A stretch of 64,000 nt of DNA, taken from assembly GCA_964449385.1 (NCBI GenBank), contig CAYUYO010000003.1:483-64482 (forward strand), written 5' to 3'. The DNA is from an uncultured Candidatus Saccharibacteria bacterium. Lineage in GTDB: Bacteria > Patescibacteriota > Minisyncoccia > Minisyncoccales > CAYUYO01. A program made the position numbers and the translations under genes. Under the pieces are notes generated by a model that was not told the DNA's origin, searched no databases, and saw nothing but the letters and a program-made list of their open reading frames with translations. This document shows positions 18,745-27,660 of the stretch, one piece after another (the first letter of the stretch is position 1; each line of letters opens with the position of its first letter).

Positions 18745-20363
18745 AATTAAAATACATCTTTGTTGCGGGAGGTGTAATGTCTGGTATTGGAAAAGGAGTA
18801 GCTGTGGCTTCAATTGGCAGAATCTTAAAAGGTAAAGGTTTTAAGGTAACTGCGGTTAAAATTGATCCTTATATTAATGTTGATGCCGGAACTATGAACC
18901 CCGTTGAACACGGGGAAGTTTTTGTGACTGATGACGGAACAGAATGTGACCAAGACGTTGGAAATTATGAAAGATTTTTAAATGAGAATTTAAGTACTGA
19001 TAATTATATTACTACTGGCAGGGTTTATCAATCAGTAATAAATCGGGAAAGAAATCTGGAATATGGTGGTCGGTGCGTTGAAGTAGTACCAGATATTCCT
19101 AATGAAGTAATTTCTCGAATAAAAAAAGCAGCTAAAAAAAATAAGGCTGATTTTGTTTTAATTGAAATTGGAGGAACGGTAGGGGAATATCAAAATATGC
19201 TATTCCTTGAAGCAGCCAGAATATTAAAACTAAAATATCCGAAAGATGTCCTTTTTATTTTAGTTAGCTATCTGCCAATTCCGGAAATGATCGGTGAGAT
19301 GAAAACTAAACCCACTCAGACTGCTGTTAAAACTTTAAATACGGCTGGTATCCAACCAGATATTATTTTAGCCAGAGCCAGCCTTCCTTTAGATGCGCCC
19401 AGAAAAAGAAAAATCTCTATTTTTTGTAATTTAGAAGTTAAAGATGTTATTTCAGCTCCTGATATTAAATCAATCTATGAAATTCCGATTAATTTTGAAA
19501 TAGAAAACTTAGACAGTCGAATTTTAAAGAAGTTTAGACTGAGAACCAAGAAAAATGATTTAAAAGATTGGAAAAAATTAATCGCTGTTATTAAAAAAGT
19601 TAAAAAACCGGTTAAAATCGGTATAATCGGAAAATATTTTAAAAGTGGAAAATTTACTCTGATGGATTCTTATATTTCAGTTATTGAAGCTATAAAGCAT
19701 GCTGCTTGGTTTTATAAAAGAAAGCCGGAAATTTATTGGTTGTCATCCGAAGAATATGAAAAAAATCCTAAAAAACTTCAAGAATTAAAAAAATATGACG
19801 GTATAATTGTTCCAGGCGGTTTTGGCAATAGGGGAATAGAAGGAAAAATTAAGACTATTAAATTTTGTCGAAAGAAAAAAATCCCATTCTTGGGACTTTG
19901 TTTAGGAATGCAGTTAGCTGTAATTGAATTTGCTCGAAATATTTGTGGTTTTAAAAAAGCAAACTCTACTGAATTTTCAACGGATTGCCAATATCCAATA
20001 ATTGATGTAATGCCAGAACAAAAAAACCTTATTCGTGATAAAAAATACGGAGGAACAATGCGATTGGGGGCTTATAATTGTAAATTAAAGCCAAAAACTC
20101 ACAGCTTTAAAGCTTATGGACGATCTAATATATCTGAGCGTCATAGACATCGTTATGAATTGAATAATGATTTTAAAGAAACTTTAGAGTCTAAAGGAAT
20201 GATAATAGCTGGAGTAAACCCAGAAAAAAACTTAGTTGAAATTATTGAATTAAAAAATCATCCTTTTTTTGTTGGCGTTCAATTTCATCCAGAATTAAAA
20301 TCACGGCCTTTAAAGCCGCATCCTTTATTTAAAGAATTTATTAAAGCTGCTATTCAACATTAA
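18741..20363 (+). CDS. pyrG: CTP synthase
   Basis: KYIFVAGGVMSGIGKG, the glutaminase domain GLCLGMQ, and HRHRYE. Confidence 0.97.
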   Translation: MKLKYIFVAGGVMSGIGKGVAVASIGRILKGKGFKVTAVKIDPYINVDAGTMNPVEHGEVFVTDDGTECDQDVGNYERFLNENLSTDNYITTGRVYQSVINRERNLEYGGRCVEVVPDIPNEVISRIKKAAKKNKADFVLIEIGGTVGEYQNMLFLEAARILKLKYPKDVLFILVSYLPIPEMIGEMKTKPTQTAVKTLNTAGIQPDIILARASLPLDAPRKRKISIFCNLEVKDVISAPDIKSIYEIPINFEIENLDSRILKKFRLRTKKNDLKDWKKLIAVIKKVKKPVKIGIIGKYFKSGKFTLMDSYISVIEAIKHAAWFYKRKPEIYWLSSEEYEKNPKKLQELKKYDGIIVPGGFGNRGIEGKIKTIKFCRKKKIPFLGLCLGMQLAVIEFARNICGFKKANSTEFSTDCQYPIIDVMPEQKNLIRDKKYGGTMRLGAYNCKLKPKTHSFKAYGRSNISERHRHRYELNNDFKETLESKGMIIAGVNPEKNLVEIIELKNHPFFVGVQFHPELKSRPLKPHPLFKEFIKAAIQH

Positions 20364-20622
20364 CAATTTTTACTTTTCTTTGAGACTTATTGAATAACAT
20401 TTTTCTTTTTGTTGTGAAATGAACAACACCTTCTTTCAAAGAATATAAGGTGTTATCGCTGCCACGTCTGACATTTTTTCCTGGAAGGAATTTCAAACCT
20501 CGCTGACGAATAATAATTGAGCCATTTTTAGTAGTTTCTCCTTCGAAAAGTTTAACTCCTAAATATTTTGGCTGAGAATCCCTTCCTAATTTTGTAGCTC
20601 CAGTAGCTTTAGTTTTCGCCAT
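20350..20622 (-). CDS. rpmA: 50S ribosomal protein L27
   Basis: GATKLGRDSQPKYLGVK and GSIIIRQRG are the bL27 signature. Its 3' end overlaps the pyrG 3' end by 14 nt (convergent). Confidence 0.92.
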   Translation of the reverse strand: MAKTKATGATKLGRDSQPKYLGVKLFEGETTKNGSIIIRQRGLKFLPGKNVRRGSDNTLYSLKEGVVHFTTKRKMLFNKSQRKVKIVNVE

Positions 20623-20631
20623 ACAATTAAG

Positions 20632-20838
20632 ATGTTACAAAAAATTATACAATTTGTCAAAAAATATCAAGCTGATATTATATTGGTTATCGGCGTTATT
20701 TTAATTTCTTTACTTTCTTTTACTATGGGTTATCTTACGGCTAAACAGCAAGAAAAAGAATCATTAAAAATTAATTATGAAGATAGCTATAATTGGAGCG
20801 GGAATTTCCGGTCTTTATCTAGCTTGGAAATTGAGTAA
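20632..20838 (+). CDS. Possible small single-TM protein
   Basis: 68-aa ORF with one hydrophobic helix. Its last ~60 nt overlap the next gene, and it has no family signature. Confidence 0.3.
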   Translation: MLQKIIQFVKKYQADIILVIGVILISLLSFTMGYLTAKQQEKESLKINYEDSYNWSGNFRSLSSLEIE

Positions 20839-21718
20839 ACAAGGTTATCAGGTAACAGTTTTTGAAAAAAAAGAGAAAATTGGAAAAAAATGTTGTTCAG
20901 GGCTTTTTTCTGAAAAAATTTTAGAGTTTATTCCTGAAAGCCGGAAATTAATTCAAAAACAAATAAAATCAGTTTTAATTCATTTTTCTAAAAAAACCTT
21001 AGAAGTAAGTTTTTCTAAAAAGATTTTACTGATGGATCATTTTGAGCTTGATAATTTAGTAGCCGATTTAGCTAAAAGTACAGGAGCTAAAATTTCTTTG
21101 GGCCACCCAATTATTTTTTTACCGAAAGGGTTTGATAGAACTATTGGTTGTGATGGGCCGAATTCTGTTGTTAGAAAAAACTTAGGATTATCAGAACTAA
21201 ATTATAAACTAGCTATTCAGGGATTTGCTTCTGCACCTTTTTTAAAAGAAAATAATAGAGAATTAATTGAGACCTGGCCCCAAAAACAAAAAGGTTTTAT
21301 TTGGAAAATATCAAAAGGTGAAAAGACCGAATACGGAATAATTTCTAATCCTAAAATAGCAAAGAGTATTTTTGAAAATTTCTTGAAAAGAAATAATCTT
21401 TATTTAAATAATATGAGAGCAGGACTAGTTCCTCAAGGATTTTTAATTCCTTCTGATTCTAAAATTACTCTTTGTGGCGATGCTGCAGGATTAACTAAAC
21501 CTTGGTCAGGCGGCGGAGTAGTCTGGGGATTAATAGCTGCTGAAATTCTCCTGAAAAATTTTCCAAATTTTTTAGAATATAGAAAAGAAGTGAAAAAGTT
21601 TTTTTTACCAAAAATTCTTTTTTCAAAAATAGCTGTTAAGTTAATTTATTTTTTAGGATTTAATTTTTCTTGGATTTTGCCAAAAAATGTTAAAATAGAA
21701 AGTGATTTTTTAATATGA
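20777..21718 (+). CDS. FAD-dependent oxidoreductase, geranylgeranyl-reductase-like
   Basis: N-terminal Rossmann motif KIAIIGAGISGLYLAWKL...VFEKK and GCDGPNSVVRK. Translationally coupled to uppS. Confidence 0.7.
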   Translation: MKIAIIGAGISGLYLAWKLSKQGYQVTVFEKKEKIGKKCCSGLFSEKILEFIPESRKLIQKQIKSVLIHFSKKTLEVSFSKKILLMDHFELDNLVADLAKSTGAKISLGHPIIFLPKGFDRTIGCDGPNSVVRKNLGLSELNYKLAIQGFASAPFLKENNRELIETWPQKQKGFIWKISKGEKTEYGIISNPKIAKSIFENFLKRNNLYLNNMRAGLVPQGFLIPSDSKITLCGDAAGLTKPWSGGGVVWGLIAAEILLKNFPNFLEYRKEVKKFFLPKILFSKIAVKLIYFLGFNFSWILPKNVKIESDFLI

Positions 21719-22395
21719 AGAAAATTCCTTATCATTTAGGCATTATTGTTGATGGTAATCGGAGATGGGCAAAGGAAAGGGGATTGCCGACTTTTGCCGG
21801 CCATCGTCAAGGACTAAAAAAAGTAAAAGAAGTAATAAAATGGTGTAAACAGCAGGGAATAAAAATTCTCACTTTGTTTGTTTTTTCTACTGAAAATTGG
21901 AAACGCTCAAAGATTGAAGTGAATTACTTAATGAAACTATTTAAACAGACGTTTAATAAAAAAAATATCAAAGAGATTGATAAAGATGGGATAAGAGTTC
22001 GGGTAATTGGCCAAAGAGAAAAGTTAGAAAAATCCTTACAGAAAGCAATAAAAGATGTTGAAGAACTGACTAAAAGTAATAAAGAAATGACTTTAAATTT
22101 TGCTTTGAGTTATGGAGGAAGAGCTGAAATTGTGGAGGTAATAAAAAAGATAATTGAAAAGAAAATTCCTTCGGAAAAAATTACCGAAGATATAATTTCT
22201 CAAAATCTCTGGACATCTGATTTAGATTTAATTATTAGGACTGGTATGGAACAGCGGATTTCAAATTTTTTGATTTGGCAGGCAGCTTATTCTGAACTTT
22301 ATTTTTGTAAAAAATACTGGCCAGCCTTCACAGAAAAGGATTTAGAAGAGGCGCTTGAAGAATATAACCGGCGGCAGCGAAGATTTGGCAAATAA
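21715..22395 (+). CDS. uppS: Undecaprenyl-diphosphate (cis-prenyl) synthase
   Basis: HLGIIVDGNRRWA, FSTENWKR, IRTGMEQRISNFLIWQAAYSELYF. Confidence 0.93.
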   Translation: MKKIPYHLGIIVDGNRRWAKERGLPTFAGHRQGLKKVKEVIKWCKQQGIKILTLFVFSTENWKRSKIEVNYLMKLFKQTFNKKNIKEIDKDGIRVRVIGQREKLEKSLQKAIKDVEELTKSNKEMTLNFALSYGGRAEIVEVIKKIIEKKIPSEKITEDIISQNLWTSDLDLIIRTGMEQRISNFLIWQAAYSELYFCKKYWPAFTEKDLEEALEEYNRRQRRFGK

Positions 22396-22397
22396 TA

Positions 22398-22841
22398 ATG
22401 AAAGTTTTAAATAAAACAATTGAATTTCAAACTAAAGATACATTTGATTTTATTGATATAACTGATAAAGTCAAAGATTTTATTACAAAAAGCCAGCTCA
22501 AAAATGGCTTAGTAAATATTCAAATTTTGCATACCTCTGCTGCTCTTATTGTTAATGAAAATGAACCGCTTCTTATTGAAGATTTTAAGAATAATCTTGA
22601 GAAAACTGCTCCCAAAGCTTTGAATTATCAACATAATGACCTTAATAAACGAAGCGTTAATATATGTCCGGACGAATGTATTAATGGTCATTCTCATTGC
22701 CAAGCCATTCATTTATTAGTAAATGCAACTTTAAATCTAATTAATGGGAAAATTCAACTTGGCCAATGGCAAAGAATTTTTATTGTAGAATTAGATCACT
22801 CAAGAAAAAGACAAATTCAAATTCAAATTCTAGGAATCTAA
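22398..22841 (+). CDS. YjbQ/UPF0047-family (secondary thiamine-phosphate synthase-like) protein
   Basis: LHTSAALIVNENEP and NGHSHCQA motifs, ~147 aa. Confidence 0.75.
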   Translation: MKVLNKTIEFQTKDTFDFIDITDKVKDFITKSQLKNGLVNIQILHTSAALIVNENEPLLIEDFKNNLEKTAPKALNYQHNDLNKRSVNICPDECINGHSHCQAIHLLVNATLNLINGKIQLGQWQRIFIVELDHSRKRQIQIQILGI

Positions 22842-23152
22842 GTATTTGGTGATTATCGTCTAACTTGTTGTCAAGGGATAATTACTCTTGTTTTTTTTAT
22901 TGACAAATCTATAAATTTATTGCAGAGTTATTTTAAGGAGGGTTTAGCCCTTTTTAATAAGAATAAATACTGAGGAGGAAGATAAAATGCCAATGCTGAT
23001 GTTTATGGCAGAGCTATAGGCTTTAACTACAACAGCCGGCTGCACTGCCAAGAACTTCTTTTGCGGTCTGATGAAAGAATAGAGATGATGAGATGATACT
23101 ACACTTCGCTTTGCGCCAAAGATATTACAGTCAGAGAAGGGGGATTGAAAGA

Positions 23153-24331
23153 ATGAGGACATCAAGGTTGCCGGAAGGTGGAATGAACCTATTTCAGGAG
23201 ATCAAGGCCAAGAGAGTCGAGGCCACGGCCAAGGGGATAGAAATCATCAATCTATCTATTGGCCAGCCAACAGGAGCAGCTTTGCTCAGTGCCAGGAACG
23301 AAGCGGCCAGGGTAGTAATGCTGGACGAAGAGCGGGTGCACGAATATCAGGACAATACCTGCCATTACATTCCGGACTTTGCCAAGCGGTTTGTCCAAGC
23401 CCACTTCAAGGATAAATTTCTTGAAGGAGCGGATGTCGGTTATCTGCCAATTCCAGGAATAAAGCCGATGCTGGGGTTGATTCCCTTAGCCTGCGGAGCT
23501 CACCTGGAACAGTTCAAGGTAGCTACTACTACAAAGCCGGGTTATTCGACTCCGGCCGACTGGTGCGGTTATCTGCAGGTATTCCAGTATTCTCTGCTTC
23601 TTAATCCCGAGAATGGATTTCGTTTCCAGGCAAGGGATATTGAGCCGGGAACTGCCTTGGTTATGACTAATTACCCGCACAATCCCAGTGGCCAAATTGC
23701 TACCCGGGAGTGGTGGCAGAAGATCTGCGCAGTCTGTGAGACGAACAACATCAGATTGTTCAACGACAATCCTTACTATATTCTTTCTCATGATCCAGCG
23801 AGCTGTGCTTTATCCGAGGTTGCTGTGAACTACCGGGACCTTTCTTGGGCAGAAGCATTCTCAGCTTCCAAAGTTATTCGCAACGGCACAGGATGGAGGA
23901 TAGGAGCGATTGTCGGTTCGAAAGACTTCGTCGCTGATATTATGACCATTAAAGGCAATACCGATAGCGGTTTTGCCTCTCCCATGGCAGCTGGTGCACT
24001 TGATGCTATCGAGAACGACAGGGAGAATATCAGGAATATAAGAGAGATATACGAAAAGCGCATAAACTTGCTCATTACTATTCTGACCAAACATGGTATG
24101 CGCTTGGCCGTAAATCCTGGTGCTGGATTCTTCACCCTTTGGTTGAGGCCCAATTACTTCTTCGGTGAAAAAGTGCAGGATGCCAAGCACTTCAACTTCC
24201 AAATGATTGAGCGAACCGGAGTGACAGGCGTGCAATTCGACCCTTACATCAGATACGCTGTCTGCGATAACGTGGAGGATATGGCAGACAAAATCGAAGC
24301 CGCCTTTAAGGCAGCTGAAGTTTCCTACTAA
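23153..24331 (+). CDS. Class I/II PLP aminotransferase (AspC/DapL-like) on a G+C-rich island
   Basis: NYPHNPSGQ, FSASK (PLP lysine), GWRIGAIVG. Start placed at the ATG at 23153, behind GAAGGGGGA, rather than the track start at 23093. Several long spurious ORFs on both strands overlap it, which marks higher G+C. Confidence 0.85.
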   Translation: MRTSRLPEGGMNLFQEIKAKRVEATAKGIEIINLSIGQPTGAALLSARNEAARVVMLDEERVHEYQDNTCHYIPDFAKRFVQAHFKDKFLEGADVGYLPIPGIKPMLGLIPLACGAHLEQFKVATTTKPGYSTPADWCGYLQVFQYSLLLNPENGFRFQARDIEPGTALVMTNYPHNPSGQIATREWWQKICAVCETNNIRLFNDNPYYILSHDPASCALSEVAVNYRDLSWAEAFSASKVIRNGTGWRIGAIVGSKDFVADIMTIKGNTDSGFASPMAAGALDAIENDRENIRNIREIYEKRINLLITILTKHGMRLAVNPGAGFFTLWLRPNYFFGEKVQDAKHFNFQMIERTGVTGVQFDPYIRYAVCDNVEDMADKIEAAFKAAEVSY

Positions 24332-24353
24332 TTGAGTAGAAGTTGTGACTATA

Positions 24354-24394
24354 GGGCTCCAGAGGTTAAAATCTTTGAGAGCCCTTCCTTTTTC
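24354..24394 (+). terminator. Intrinsic terminator of the aminotransferase gene
   Basis: GGGCTC (24354-59) ... GAGCCC (24379-84) followed by TTCCTTTTTC. Confidence 0.7.
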
Positions 24395-24456
24395 TATTAT
24401 TACTGTGGAGGTTGCTATTATTTTTTTCTTTACTTGATTATCTAAAATAATCAAAA

Positions 24457-24486
24457 CTGTAAAAGCCCATCGCTGGGCAGTTTTTA
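24457..24486. terminator. Bidirectional terminator between the island and the recombinase gene
   Basis: AAAA-GCCCA (24465-69)-TCGC-TGGGC (24474-78)-AGTTTTT. Confidence 0.6.
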
Positions 24487-24546
24487 TTTAAGGCTGTTAA
24501 TATTGTGCGACATTTAATAAATAAAAGAAAATCGTCAGTAGATTAA

Positions 24547-25503
24547 TTATTCTTTAAGATTTTTGCCGCTATGGTATTGACGATGAATATCACGAAGACG
24601 TTTGTTTGTTACATGAGTATATATTTGGGTTGTAATAATACTTCTGTGGCCTAAAAATTCCTGGATACTTCGTAGATCAACGCCTTGAGTTAGTAAATCG
24701 GTTGCCATTGAATGCCTTAATGTATGAGGGGTTGTAAATACAGGAACGCCTGCTGAGATTGCATATTTTTTGACAATTCTTTCTATAGAACGCGATGTTA
24801 GGCGAGCATCCGCATCTTTTCTAGCTCTGTAATGAATGAATAAGGCCTTATCTTTATCTTTACGGGTTTTTAAATATTGTTTGATCCAAGACAAAGCTCT
24901 TTCAGAAAAATAAACAGTTCTAGGGTGACTTCCTTTACCAATAATCCCAAGTTCTAAATCTTTTTTGTTTTCTATATTAGTAAATTGTTCTTTATTGAGA
25001 GCAACTAATTCAGCAACTCTTAATCCGGTTGAGAAGAGAGATTCCAAAATAGCTCTATCTCTTAAGCCTTTTTGAATTTTAGTATTGGGGGCTAATAAAA
25101 GTTTCTCAATTTGATCTAAATTTAGGAATTTTACAGTTTTTTCCGCTTTAGCGTCTTTTGGAAGAGTTATTTTGTCTGCGGGGAGTGATATTAGGTCTTT
25201 GGCAGTAAAATAGCTCAAAAGGGCTCTCAGGGCGATTAAATAGTAGTTCTGGGTTGTCTTCTTTAAGGAATGACCCCTTTGGTCTTGAAAACGGCTTAAA
25301 AACAATCTATAAGCCCAAATATCTTCTGCGGCAAGTTCATGTGGTAGGAGATATTCTTTTTTATTTTTTTTTAGCCAGAAAACAAATTTAGCGAGGTAGC
25401 GCTGGTAATTCTTTTGAGTATTATCTGATAAACCTTTTTCAACTTCACAATAATCTAAAAAATCTGGGATATGTTTGATGATGCTTTTATCAGATTTTTT
25501 CAT
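24547..25503 (-). CDS. xerC: Tyrosine recombinase, XerC/XerD-like
   Basis: N-terminal SAM-like core-binding domain. Catalytic residues are in TGLRVAELVAL, HTLRHSMATDL and LGHRSIITTQIYTHV. Confidence 0.9.
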   Translation of the reverse strand: MKKSDKSIIKHIPDFLDYCEVEKGLSDNTQKNYQRYLAKFVFWLKKNKKEYLLPHELAAEDIWAYRLFLSRFQDQRGHSLKKTTQNYYLIALRALLSYFTAKDLISLPADKITLPKDAKAEKTVKFLNLDQIEKLLLAPNTKIQKGLRDRAILESLFSTGLRVAELVALNKEQFTNIENKKDLELGIIGKGSHPRTVYFSERALSWIKQYLKTRKDKDKALFIHYRARKDADARLTSRSIERIVKKYAISAGVPVFTTPHTLRHSMATDLLTQGVDLRSIQEFLGHRSIITTQIYTHVTNKRLRDIHRQYHSGKNLKE

Positions 25504-25683
25504 ATTTATAGGGAAGTGGTTAAAACCTCCTTTTGTTTTAGATATAAAGTGACGCTTTACCTATATTGTCCGACCTATTATATCTTAATAATAAACAGTC
25601 TAAAAGACTATGTCAAGAGATAAAATTATATTCCCCCGTCGATTAAACAGTCCTGTGGATTAAGCGGTAAAAAGGAGGAGTTT

Positions 25684-26094
25684 TTATTTAATCAATTCTT
25701 TAAATTTTTCCAAAAGAGTTTTACCAATTTCTGGTGCTTCTTTTTTTATTTCTTCTTTTTCTTTTTGAAATTCTTCTTCAATAATTGGTTTTCTTTTTTC
25801 AGCTTCTTCTTTAATTCTGGACTCTATTTCTTTTTGGAACCATTTTTCAATTTTTGGCCAAACATTAGCTATAAACCACTGATACATCTTATTCCACACA
25901 GGAAGAACATTTTTTTCCCAAAGCTTTTTTAAAATACTTGGCATTTCTTTTTGAGTAGTTTCAAGAGTTTTTTCTCCCATTTGTTTTGCTTCTTCTAATG
26001 TTTCTGGTGTTTGGAAAGATTTAAGTTGGGCAAATGAAAAAATCGGCAACAAAAGCCCAAATATTATTAAAATTGGTATTATTTTTTTTATCAT
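25684..26094 (-). CDS. Secreted or membrane-anchored lysine/glutamate-rich hypothetical protein
   Basis: Signal/TM N-terminus (IIPILIIFGLLLPIFSFA), then charged helical repeats. 4-bp overlap with gltX. Confidence 0.6.
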   Translation of the reverse strand: MIKKIIPILIIFGLLLPIFSFAQLKSFQTPETLEEAKQMGEKTLETTQKEMPSILKKLWEKNVLPVWNKMYQWFIANVWPKIEKWFQKEIESRIKEEAEKRKPIIEEEFQKEKEEIKKEAPEIGKTLLEKFKELIK

Positions 26095-27659
26095 TTTAAT
26101 ACTTCCCTTCCTTCTTTTATTCTTTTAAAAGTTTTTTCTCTTCCTAATATTTCAGCTATTTCTAAAGGGCCAGCTGAGGCTTCTTTTCCGGTTAAAATAA
26201 TTCTCAAAGGCCATAAAAGCTTTCCCCTATCCCCTATTTTTTCAGCTTCTGGCATTAAAAATTCTTCCAAATTTTCTTTAGTCCAATTTTCAGTTTTGAT
26301 TTTAGATAATATTTTTTCCAACTTGTCAAAAGAATGAATAATTTCTTTATCGGTCATATCTTTCCATTTTAACAAGTCTTTATTATATTCTAATTTATCT
26401 TTAAAGAAAAAATCAGTCAATTCAGAAATATCTGAGAGTTTTTTCAATCTTTCCTTATAAATTGAAACAATTTTCTGGATAGAATCTAAACTTATTTCTT
26501 CTTTAGTTTCAGTAATACAATATGCCTGATTAATTTCCATTGCTCCGTAAGCCGGAGGATATTGTTCTTGTTTAAAAATAGGTGTAATTAATCCTTCTTT
26601 AATTAAATAAGGCAGACAAAGTTCGGTTAATTTTTCTAATGACTTTTGACGGATATAAAATCCATTTAAAAAATCTAATCTTTTATTATTAAAAATTGCT
26701 CCTCCTTTTTGAACTTTATCTAAAGAAAATTCTTTAATTAAGGAAGGTATTGAATAGATTTCTCTGTCTCCGCCAGGATTCCATCCTAAAAAAACCATAA
26801 AATTAATTAATGCTTCCGGAAGATATCCTGCTTCTCTATATTCAGAAACAGCTACAGCTCCATGTCTTTTACTCAATTTAGTTTTATCTGGTCCAAAAAT
26901 TAAAGGAAAATGACCATATTCTGGTTGTGGAAAATTTAAAGATTCTTGGATTAAAATTTGCTTTGGAGTATTGGAAATATGATCTTCTCCTCTAAAGACA
27001 TGACTGATTTTCATTTCAAAGTCGTCAATCACTACGGCAAAATTATATAAAGGAATAGATGTTGTCTTGGCAATAATAAAATCTCCAATTAAAGAAGTAT
27101 CAAACTCTAATTTGCCACGGATTAAGTCATTAAATTCAAGTTTTTTTGAAGCCACTCTGAATCTAATTACCGATGGTTTTCCTTCAGCTAAATATTTTTT
27201 AATTGTTTCTTTAGAAAGATTTGCACATTTTCCGGAATAACACGGTGCTTCTCCAATTGATAATTTATATTGTCTTTGAGCTTCTAATTCTTCTTCAGAG
27301 CAAAAACAATAATAAGACTTATCCTCGGCTATTAATTGTTTTAAGTATTTACTATAGCTTTCTGTTCTTTGACTTTGACGATAAGGTCCGTAAGCTCCTG
27401 AAATATCAGGTCCTTCTGACCATTCAATTCCTAACCATTTTAGACTTTCGATAATATCTTTTTCAAATAAAGGACTTGATCTTTCTAAATCTGTATCTTC
27501 GATTCTTAAAACATAACTTCCCTGATATTTTTTAGCAAAAAGATAATTAAAAAGAGCGGTTCTGGCTAAGCCGATATGTAATAATCCTGTTGGCGAGGGA
27601 GCAATTCTCACCCTTACTTCTCCGGGCTTTATAAACTTAAAATCCCCAGAATCCATCAA
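26091..27659 (-). CDS. gltX: Glutamate--tRNA ligase
   Basis: PSPTGLLHIGLARTA (HIGH) and KLSKRHG (KMSKS). Confidence 0.95.
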   Translation of the reverse strand: MMDSGDFKFIKPGEVRVRIAPSPTGLLHIGLARTALFNYLFAKKYQGSYVLRIEDTDLERSSPLFEKDIIESLKWLGIEWSEGPDISGAYGPYRQSQRTESYSKYLKQLIAEDKSYYCFCSEEELEAQRQYKLSIGEAPCYSGKCANLSKETIKKYLAEGKPSVIRFRVASKKLEFNDLIRGKLEFDTSLIGDFIIAKTTSIPLYNFAVVIDDFEMKISHVFRGEDHISNTPKQILIQESLNFPQPEYGHFPLIFGPDKTKLSKRHGAVAVSEYREAGYLPEALINFMVFLGWNPGGDREIYSIPSLIKEFSLDKVQKGGAIFNNKRLDFLNGFYIRQKSLEKLTELCLPYLIKEGLITPIFKQEQYPPAYGAMEINQAYCITETKEEISLDSIQKIVSIYKERLKKLSDISELTDFFFKDKLEYNKDLLKWKDMTDKEIIHSFDKLEKILSKIKTENWTKENLEEFLMPEAEKIGDRGKLLWPLRIILTGKEASAGPLEIAEILGREKTFKRIKEGREVLK

Positions 27660-27660
27660 T

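Noticed and set aside
22944-23165. 73-aa minus-strand ORF and the 23093 start of the aminotransferase ORF.
   Set aside because: The minus ORF spans the island leader with no signals. The aminotransferase alignment-like N-terminus begins near MRTSRLPEGGMNLFQEI, and the AGGGGGA SD serves the ATG at 23153.
24434-24454. dif-like Xer recombination site next to the recombinase gene.
   Set aside because: The repeat is an 8-bp hairpin with a 5-nt loop. It is not the 11-6-11 dif architecture and has no similarity to known dif arm sequences that I can recall.
25634-25650. 13-nt identity (CGTCGATTAAACA) between this spacer and repeat copy E1 on the opposite strand.
   Set aside because: Isolated 13-mers are expected by chance many times in 64 kb of A+T-biased sequence. 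No flanking colinear similarity or family terminator is present.
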